64,000 nt of DNA from Patescibacteria group bacterium (GTDB lineage Bacteria > Patescibacteriota > Microgenomatia > 0-14-0-10-38-17), in the NCBI GenBank assembly GCA_050947035.1, contig JBMNVW010000003.1, positions 25,992 to 89,991 of the forward strand. Reading direction: 5' to 3'. Below, one piece after another: positions 57,608-64,000 of this stretch (position 1 is the stretch's first letter; each line of letters begins with the position of its first letter). The translations under genes were made by a program, and so were the position numbers. Below the pieces are notes generated by a model that saw only the letters and a program-made list of their open reading frames with translations, ran no database searches and was not told where the DNA came from.

Positions 57608-58324
57608 ATGGCAAAAAAGACGCCTATACTCTCTCTAAAAGAAGTTACTAAAAAGTTTGGTCAAGAAACAATTTTAGACTCAGTTAGTTTTGATTTGACC
57701 CCAAAAGAGACTGTTTTTTTGGTTGGACCCTCAGGAGCGGGCAAAACGACCCTATTTCGCCTTTTGTCTTGCGAATTTCTCCCAACTTCAGGAGAAATTC
57801 ATTTTTTAGAAGAAAAAATTTCTGATCGTTTGTCCAACCGGCGAATAGTCTGGCTACGACGACAAATTGGCCGAGTTTTTCAAGATTTAAAATTAATTGC
57901 TGACCGGACCATTAAAGAGAACATCGAGATTTCTTTTGATATTTTTGCTACCCCTCACCAGACCTTAGAAGAGGTTTTGGCCTTAGTTGGTTTAGAAAAT
58001 AAGGCCAACCTTTTTCCGGCTCAACTGTCAGAAGGAGAAAAGCAACGAGTCGGAATTGCCCGGGCCTTAATTTATCAACCCAAAATTTTATTAGTTGATG
58101 AGCCAACCAGCAATTTGGATCCAGCCAATTCTTGGCAAATAATTAAACTATTAAAGAAAGTTAACCAAGAAGGAACAACGTTGATGATTGCCACCCATGA
58201 TGAAGATGTGGTTAACTCTTTACAAGCCCGAGTGATTGAAATTGATCAAGGGAAAGTTGTTCGAGATGAGGCCGAATCAAAATATCAAAAAACCCCTTCC
58301 CAGGAAGATAAAAAAGACCAATGA
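57608..58324 (+). CDS. ftsE: cell division ATP-binding protein FtsE
   Basis: GPSGAGKTT, VFQDLKL and DEPTSNLD; precedes ftsX. Confidence 0.92.
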   Translation: MAKKTPILSLKEVTKKFGQETILDSVSFDLTPKETVFLVGPSGAGKTTLFRLLSCEFLPTSGEIHFLEEKISDRLSNRRIVWLRRQIGRVFQDLKLIADRTIKENIEISFDIFATPHQTLEEVLALVGLENKANLFPAQLSEGEKQRVGIARALIYQPKILLVDEPTSNLDPANSWQIIKLLKKVNQEGTTLMIATHDEDVVNSLQARVIEIDQGKVVRDEAESKYQKTPSQEDKKDQ

Positions 58325-59214
58325 AAACGATAAAAGTTGCCCTAAGCCATATTAGACGATCTCCCTACCAATCGTTGTTGGTGGTAATGGTTTTGTCTTT
58401 TGCCTTTTTCTTAATTTCCTCTTTTGCTACCCTGTCTTTTATTTCTCAGCGGGTATTAACCTTTTTTGAAAGCCGGCCCCAAGTTATTGCTTATTTAAAA
58501 GATTCAGCCGAAAAGGAAGAAATTGATAATTTAATTTCTCGCTTGGAGGCAACCGGCAAAATTGACGAAGTAACTTATATTTCCAAAGAAGAAGCGTTAG
58601 AAATTTATCAAGAGGCCAATAAAGATAATCCTCTGCTTTTGGAAATGGTTAGCGCCGAAATTTTACCAGCCAGTATTGAAATTTCAACTTTAAAAATTGA
58701 TTATTTGAGAGAAGTGGCGGATATTTTAGAAGAAGAGGCGATTATTTCCGTTTCTGAGGGGGGTAGAAAAGAGATTGATTTTGCCGAAAGCATTGCCGAT
58801 TCTCTAAGAGATTGGACGCAAGCAATCAGACGGGTGGGTTTGGGGGGAGGAGCATTGTTGGTGGTTCAAACCTTATTATTAATGATTGTGGTTACCTCAA
58901 TGAAAATTGCTTTAAGAAAAGACGAGGTGGAAATTTTAAAGCTTTTAGGCGCTTCGTCTTGGCAGACTCGTTCGCCGTTTTTGGTGGAGGGAATAATTTA
59001 TGGTCTTTGGGGAGCAGTTCTTGGTTTTGGCGGGATGTATTTGGCTCTGACTCAATTGGGCCAGGCCCTAATTGGCTTTTCTTTTTTTGCCGATATTGGT
59101 GTTTTCCCGGTTGATCAAAACTTCTTGTTGCTTCTTTTAGGAGGTGTGGCCTTCTTTTCTTCTTTTATTTGTGGTTTAGGCAGCTACATTGCCACTCGTC
59201 GCTATTTGCGATAA
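58321..59214 (+). CDS. ftsX: cell division permease FtsX
   Basis: Four TMs, YISKEEALE, LPAS and EVEILKLLGAS...PFLVEG. Confidence 0.92.
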   Translation: MKTIKVALSHIRRSPYQSLLVVMVLSFAFFLISSFATLSFISQRVLTFFESRPQVIAYLKDSAEKEEIDNLISRLEATGKIDEVTYISKEEALEIYQEANKDNPLLLEMVSAEILPASIEISTLKIDYLREVADILEEEAIISVSEGGRKEIDFAESIADSLRDWTQAIRRVGLGGGALLVVQTLLLMIVVTSMKIALRKDEVEILKLLGASSWQTRSPFLVEGIIYGLWGAVLGFGGMYLALTQLGQALIGFSFFADIGVFPVDQNFLLLLLGGVAFFSSFICGLGSYIATRRYLR

Positions 59215-59234
59215 TCTAGAAAGGGGAAGCTTTT

Positions 59235-60428
59235 ATGAGAAAAAAAATATTTTGGGGACTAATTGTCTTGGGTTTTTTAGCTAGTTTATTGTGGCGGCCC
59301 CTAACTTGGGCGGTCTCCTCGGATGATTTAGAAAAAATTCAGCAGGAAATAAAAGAGCTAGAAGAAAAGGTGGCCCAAACCAGGGAACAAAAACAAACCC
59401 TATCTTCGCAAATTGCCCAAATGAATCAACAGATTCAGCTGGCGACTTTAAGAATTGCCCAAACCGAGACCAGTATTGTCGTTTTGGAAGAAGAAATTGC
59501 TTCATTATCAGAAAAAATCGATAAGCTTGATCTTTCTTTGGATAAAATTTCCCAGGTTTTGCTGCGGCGAATTGTGGCTACTTATAAAGGCTCCCAGATT
59601 GACCCGGCTTTTTATTGGTTGACAACGGATAGCGCTGAGGATTTTATCAGGAATCAACAGTATCTGAAAGTGGCCCAAAAGCATGACAAGATGTTGATGA
59701 TGGCCGTTGAGGAAGCCAAGCAAGATTTTGATCGCCAAAAGAGCCTAAAGGAGGAAAAACAGGCCGCTCTGGAAGGCTTAAGGGTCCAACTGAAAGAACA
59801 AAATATTGCTCTTGATTTACAGAAAAAAGAAAAAGAACGACTTCTGGAGGTGACTAAAAATAATGAGGTTCGCTACCAGCAGTTATTAGCTCAGGCCCAA
59901 AGAGAGCTGACTAGCCTTCTTTCTTTTACCAGGACCAGGGTTGGAATAGCTGGCTCAACTTGTGCTGGCGAATTTTCCTCTGGAAATACGGGGTGGTTTT
60001 TTAGTCAGCGAGATTCTCGTTGGTGTAATAGTTTAATTGGTCATTCTGATATGACAATTGGCCAGGTGGGTTGTCTTATCAATAGTGTGGCCATGGTTAA
60101 TAAAAGTAAAGGGGTCGATATTACCCCTCTTGGAATAGCCAATAACTCTTCTTTCTTTTTTTTAAACACCGCCTATATGCTTCTTCCTTTTCCTTCTTTT
60201 GTTGACCAAAATTTTGTGGAGATATCAAAGGCCTCTATCGATGGTGAATTAGCCAAAGACAATCCGGTTATTGTTCATCTTGGTTTGGGCGGTGATGGCC
60301 ATTGGGTCGTTTTAGTTAAAAAAGATGGTGATGATTATATTATTAACGATCCCTGGTACGGTCCGGATAAAAAATTAACCGATTACTATAGTTGGGGGCT
60401 AGTAGGAAGGCCATATGTTTTAAAGTAG
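59235..60428 (+). CDS. exported coiled-coil protein with a C39-like cysteine peptidase domain
   Basis: Signal peptide, about 200-aa coiled coil, then SQRD, GCL, GHWVV and INDP. Confidence 0.85.
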   Translation: MRKKIFWGLIVLGFLASLLWRPLTWAVSSDDLEKIQQEIKELEEKVAQTREQKQTLSSQIAQMNQQIQLATLRIAQTETSIVVLEEEIASLSEKIDKLDLSLDKISQVLLRRIVATYKGSQIDPAFYWLTTDSAEDFIRNQQYLKVAQKHDKMLMMAVEEAKQDFDRQKSLKEEKQAALEGLRVQLKEQNIALDLQKKEKERLLEVTKNNEVRYQQLLAQAQRELTSLLSFTRTRVGIAGSTCAGEFSSGNTGWFFSQRDSRWCNSLIGHSDMTIGQVGCLINSVAMVNKSKGVDITPLGIANNSSFFFLNTAYMLLPFPSFVDQNFVEISKASIDGELAKDNPVIVHLGLGGDGHWVVLVKKDGDDYIINDPWYGPDKKLTDYYSWGLVGRPYVLK

Positions 60429-60446
60429 TTATGATAAAGAGGTTTT

Positions 60447-60478
60447 TTACACCTTAAAGGTGTAAATCGGAAGGTGTC
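60447..60478 (-). repeat. CACC-N5-GGTG REP-like element
   Basis: GACACCTTCCGATTTACACCTTTAAGGTGTAA on the minus strand. Confidence 0.65.
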
Positions 60479-60533
60479 AGAAAGGTCTTAGGGAAAAACA
60501 CCGGACGAACAAGAATTTTAAACTTTAATTAAA

Positions 60534-61046
60534 CTATTTTTTAGAGTCAGGCTCTATTTTTTCTTGCCAATATTTTTGCCAGCGGCGAAATTCGGTTTTA
60601 GACAGAAAGTAGCTTTTTAAAGGGTCATTATTTTTTTGTCGGGAATCATTAAAACAGTTAACTCGGGCGCTGAAATCATTGACAGCCTGGTAAAGAGTTT
60701 GGATTCTTGGCCCGGATAAGGGCTCATTGTTGATAATTTTTTCGTTTCTATTTTCAAAAAATTGGCAGACTTGGCTGGTCAATTCCCTGCTATTGGCTAA
60801 TGTTTCTATTAGGCCTCTAAGAGAAGCCCTCTTCCAAAAACCAACCTGCCCTTTTCGATAATAACGATTGGCCTTAGCAATTCTTTCAGCCAAAAAGGAA
60901 CAAGCTGCCCCCATTTCCTTTTCTTCAAGATTAAGATGTTTTTTAAGGTTTATTGTTTTGGCGATTTTTTTAGAGTGAGCAAGAATATAGTCGGCATAAA
61001 TTTCGAGAAAGGGATTAGACCAGGTTTCTCTTTCTTTTTTAACCAT
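60534..61046 (-). CDS. hypothetical protein
   Basis: 170-aa ORF with TATAAT shortly upstream. Confidence 0.7.
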   Translation of the reverse strand: MVKKERETWSNPFLEIYADYILAHSKKIAKTINLKKHLNLEEKEMGAACSFLAERIAKANRYYRKGQVGFWKRASLRGLIETLANSRELTSQVCQFFENRNEKIINNEPLSGPRIQTLYQAVNDFSARVNCFNDSRQKNNDPLKSYFLSKTEFRRWQKYWQEKIEPDSKK

Positions 61047-61163
61047 CTTAATCTAATTATACAATAGCCTATATTTATTTTTTTCAACTTATTTTATTAA
61101 GTTTTATCAGAACAAAGCATTTTTTTTGAAAAAAATGATAAAAAAAAGACTGATTTCAAGCCT

Positions 61164-61248
61164 TAAATACGGTACCGTATTTAAAAAATTAGGTATCTTT
61201 TTTAAAAAAATGCCGAGATATTAGTATTTAAATACTTTACCGTATTTA
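61164..61248. repeat. TAAATAC-N6-GTATTTA doublet, 65-bp period (copy 2)
   Basis: TAAATACGGTACCGTATTTA at 61164 and TAAATACTTTACCGTATTTA at 61229. Confidence 0.9.
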
Positions 61249-61336
61249 AATAGCAAATGGGGTTGAAAAACTATTTCAGTTTGGGGTAGGATTAAGTTAT
61301 TAATTTTTAGTTTGCCAAATTGGCCAATCTGCCCAA

Positions 61337-61780
61337 GTGACCAAGTTACCCAAAAAACCGTTATCGATAAAAAAGGAAAAAGAAATCTTGGCTAATTTTG
61401 ATCAGTTTTTAGGGGCGATTGATAAAAAAGACGATTGGCAAATAATTTGTGAAAGTCTCTTAACCCCCACCGAAAGGTTAGTTTTGGCCAAAAGACTGCA
61501 AATGGGAATTTTGCTTCTTAAAGGCTATTCTTATCAAAAAATTGAACAAGAACTAGACACCAGCTCTACCACCATTGCCAAAATTGCCAATATTTTTTCT
61601 CGCCAGACCCGATTAGCGGACCTAGTTCATTTCATTTTTCTTTATCCAGAAGAAAATAAACCGCCGAAAGAAAAACTTTCCCCTCATCCTAAAGTAAACC
61701 GGGCCCTAAAAATGATGGGTTTTAAAGAAAAAACTTTTTATGAAAAGTTAGGCCAAAAAGAGAAAGAAAAAAGGGGCTAA
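61337..61780 (+). CDS. TrpR-like (YerC/YecD) helix-turn-helix protein
   Basis: LLTPTERLVLAKRLQMGILLLKGYSYQKIEQELDTSSTTIAKI. Confidence 0.85.
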   Translation: MTKLPKKPLSIKKEKEILANFDQFLGAIDKKDDWQIICESLLTPTERLVLAKRLQMGILLLKGYSYQKIEQELDTSSTTIAKIANIFSRQTRLADLVHFIFLYPEENKPPKEKLSPHPKVNRALKMMGFKEKTFYEKLGQKEKEKRG

Positions 61781-61801
61781 ATTTTTAAGAGGAGTTGAAG
61801 A

Positions 61802-61886
61802 TAAATACGGTACCGTATTTATCAGAAAAATAAATGATTTTAAAAAAAGGGCTATGTTTAGGCTTTTAAATACTTTACCGTATTTA
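61802..61886. repeat. TAAATAC-N6-GTATTTA doublet, 65-bp period (copy 3)
   Basis: TAAATACGGTACCGTATTTA at 61802 and TAAATACTTTACCGTATTTA at 61867. Confidence 0.9.
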
Positions 61887-61914
61887 AAATTTGGTAAAAA
61901 ATTAAGATTTTTTT

Positions 61915-63213
61915 ATGAAAAAGCTTTTTTACTTTTTGGTTAGTTTAGGAATATTTTTCTTTGGGGGTGGGGTTTATTGGCCGGTTCGGGCGATTACCTT
62001 ATCGTTGACAAATGTTCCGGAAACAATTACCTTTGATCAAGAGTTTTTGGTCCAAGTTTATTTTGAAATTAATGCCCAAAATACCACCTATTATCTCCGG
62101 CCTTGTTTTTATCCTCAGGGAAGCACAAGATATTTTGGTTGTATTAAGGTGGGGGGAAACTTTATTTGTGACAGCCAGGGGGATAAAACCGCCTATTTAC
62201 CCATCACCACTGATGATCAGGGTATTTGGCAGGGGGAAATACTAGTTCTGGTTGGTCGTGAGGAGACAGGAGAGTTTAATTTTAAAGTTCGCCGCTATAC
62301 GGCTGGAGGCAGTGTTTTTGACTCTGAGTCGGTAGTGGTTAATTTGGTTGCTCCTGTTTTGGAAACAACACCAACACCTTCATCGATCCTCAGTCCAAGC
62401 CCCGTACCAGTTCCGACTGTATCCGGTTCGACGATAACACCAATCGTCTCACCAACACCGGTCCCCACTCCCACTCTGACCTCTTTACCGACCCCGACAC
62501 CGACTCCAACTCCAACATCGCAAAACTCTACTCCTACCAACCCGCCCCAAGATTATAACAACATTTTTCTTAATGAGGTGATGGCTAACCCCAGCGAGGG
62601 GCCAGAATGGGTGGAATTTTATAATGCTAATAGTTTTACTGTTGATTTAGAAAACTGGTTTTTAGATGATTTGGTTGATGGCGGCAGTGCTTGGCAGGAG
62701 TTTTCTCTAAGAATAGCCCCCTACGGTTACGGGGTTGTTAATTTGAGTAAAAATATTTTTAATAATACCGGCGATGAGGTTCGGTTGGTTAACCCCCCTG
62801 GAGAGGAAAAAGACATCTTTTCTTACTCTAAAACGGTGTCTGGTCAAAGCTGGGGCAAGGACGAGGATGGTAGTTGGTGTTTGCAGGAGCCCACCCCTCA
62901 GAAAATTAATTTGACTTGTTTTCCCCCTAACCCAACCATAATGCCGACACCAATAGTTGAAAACCAGACAACTGATCAAGAAGATCAAGAAAAAAGTAAA
63001 ATTTTAGGAAATTATCAACACTATCAAATTAACCAAACCCCTCCGTCTCTTGAAACTTATTTAATAGCAGAAGATCACCCTAAGGAAAAGTTAAGAAAAG
63101 AGCAGACCCCTTTACCTAGGAAAAATTGGCTACCGGACTGGCTATTATTATCCGGTGGGTTGTTAAATTTTGGGGTGGGACTATTAAGGGTTTTTAAAAG
63201 AATGACACCTTAG
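61915..63213 (+). CDS. surface protein with Pro/Thr-rich linker and lamin-tail domain
   Basis: Signal peptide, PT repeats, IFLNEVMANP...EWVEFYN...FNNTGDEVRL, C-terminal TM. Confidence 0.85.
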   Translation: MKKLFYFLVSLGIFFFGGGVYWPVRAITLSLTNVPETITFDQEFLVQVYFEINAQNTTYYLRPCFYPQGSTRYFGCIKVGGNFICDSQGDKTAYLPITTDDQGIWQGEILVLVGREETGEFNFKVRRYTAGGSVFDSESVVVNLVAPVLETTPTPSSILSPSPVPVPTVSGSTITPIVSPTPVPTPTLTSLPTPTPTPTPTSQNSTPTNPPQDYNNIFLNEVMANPSEGPEWVEFYNANSFTVDLENWFLDDLVDGGSAWQEFSLRIAPYGYGVVNLSKNIFNNTGDEVRLVNPPGEEKDIFSYSKTVSGQSWGKDEDGSWCLQEPTPQKINLTCFPPNPTIMPTPIVENQTTDQEDQEKSKILGNYQHYQINQTPPSLETYLIAEDHPKEKLRKEQTPLPRKNWLPDWLLLSGGLLNFGVGLLRVFKRMTP

Positions 63214-63233
63214 GTTTTTCCACCCCCGAGGTG
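63205..63233 (+). repeat. CACC-N5-GGTG REP-like element
   Basis: ACACCTTAGGTTTTTCCACCCCCGAGGTG spanning the stop codon. Confidence 0.55.
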
Positions 63234-63279
63234 GGTTAGGAATATGCAGGAGGAAGGATGATACGCTATAATGACTGTT

Positions 63280-63696
63280 ATGAAAAAAGCCTTAAGGGTA
63301 ATTATTTTTTGGCTGCCGCCCCTAGCTCTAATGGGGTTAATTTTTTACCTTTCTTCTCAACCCGCTTTTGCCGTTAGTCCCAAAGATTGGCTTAATTTTC
63401 TTGTTTTTAAAAGTTTACACTTTCTAGAATATGCTCTGCTTTTTATTCTTTGGCATCGAGCCCTTAAGAACACTATTGATAAACCCTCTTCTTTTTTGTG
63501 GTCGGCCCTAATAGCTTTTACTTGGGCGGTAATTGATGAAATTCATCAGCTTTATGTTCCCACCAGACAAGGAAGTCTAAGGGATATTATAATTGATTCT
63601 TTGGGAATTTTGTTTGGCGTACTTTGCTTATGGATTATCTTACCCAAAGCGCCCAAGAGACTAAAACTCTGGGCCGAAAAATTGGCACTAATTTAA
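63280..63696 (+). CDS. VanZ family protein
   Basis: IFYLSSQ, KSLHFLEY and DEIHQLYVPTRQGSLRD motifs. Confidence 0.9.
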   Translation: MKKALRVIIFWLPPLALMGLIFYLSSQPAFAVSPKDWLNFLVFKSLHFLEYALLFILWHRALKNTIDKPSSFLWSALIAFTWAVIDEIHQLYVPTRQGSLRDIIIDSLGILFGVLCLWIILPKAPKRLKLWAEKLALI

Positions 63697-64000
63697 AACC
63701 CGGCACCACGATCGCTTTATACGGAGATTTGGGTGGAGGCAAAACCACCTTTTTACAAGGACTGGCTGAAGGGTTGGGGATAAAGGAGCCAATTTTGAGC
63801 CCCACTTTTATTATTGCTCGTGATTATCCCCTAAAGAACGGCGGCCGTTTTTATCATTTTGACTGGTACCGAATTGATAATGAGAAACAGGCCCGAGCCT
63901 TAGGCATGGAGGAGCTTTTTGATAATGATAACATTGTGGCCATTGAGTGGGCTGATCAAGCTCCCAAAATATTGCCTAAAAAAAGGCTTGATATATACTT
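63630..64000 (+). CDS. tsaE: t6A biosynthesis ATPase TsaE (partial)
   Basis: MDYLTQSAQET...LYGDLGGGKTT...SPTF...HFDWYR...IEWA; runs off the window. Confidence 0.93.
   Translation, partial: MDYLTQSAQETKTLGRKIGTNLKPGTTIALYGDLGGGKTTFLQGLAEGLGIKEPILSPTFIIARDYPLKNGGRFYHFDWYRIDNEKQARALGMEELFDNDNIVAIEWADQAPKILPKKRLDIY

Noticed and set aside
61164-61886. CRISPR array interpretation of the 20-bp repeat / 45-bp spacer doublets
   Set aside because: Only two non-identical repeats per locus, shorter than typical CRISPR repeats, AT-rich spacers and no cas operon in the window.
62368-62550. Pro/Thr tandem repeat
   Set aside because: Ordinary low-complexity protein linker with varied codons; not a DNA element.
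1031-62988. Numerous 60-150-aa ORFs nested in or antisense to long genes
   Set aside because: Shadow frames of well-supported genes without motifs or start signals.
63630-63696. 67-nt vanZ/tsaE overlap, and the convergent overlaps at 27938-27963 and 48647-48685
   Set aside because: Explained by genome compaction; no sign of recoding.
1-64000. Alternative genetic code (UGA recoding)
   Set aside because: Conserved genes are full length under code 11, several end in TGA, and RF2 is present.

Overview
A gene-dense, AT-rich bacterial chromosomal segment in the standard genetic code. Gene content and reduced protein architectures point to Patescibacteria/CPR, probably Microgenomates-like; this is an inference. 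Most of it is housekeeping: recA-recX-rny-HU, tatD, ychF, miaB/purF-like/miaA, rnpB, comM, secDF, CCA enzyme, recJ, rel, aspS, gltX, ruvCAB, dus, efp, xseAB, lon, greA, lysS, serS, mtaB, secA, prfB, ftsEX and tsaE, plus tRNA-Pro(GGG), tRNA-Gln(CTG) and tRNA-Glu(CTC). There is no CRISPR array, integrase or transposase. The most unusual signals are non-coding. (1) A 130-135-bp element follows two different tRNAs: an inverted copy of that tRNA's own T-arm/acceptor end, then an 84-nt core homologous between loci (53/84, ungapped), then a direct copy of the tRNA 3' end starting at the T-loop TTCGA. (2) Three doublets of a 20-bp palindrome (TAAATAC-N6-GTATTTA) have an exact 65-bp period, and two of them bracket a TrpR-like gene. 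(3) A hairpin-interrupted tRNA-Pro ghost and a frameshifted GIY-YIG gene run into the intact tRNA-Pro. (4) Several REP-like and 7-mer repeat families occur, some inside coding sequences. Notable accessory genes are a bpsA-speD branched-polyamine pair and a PurF homologue lacking the catalytic Cys. All counts were made by eye and no database searches were run.
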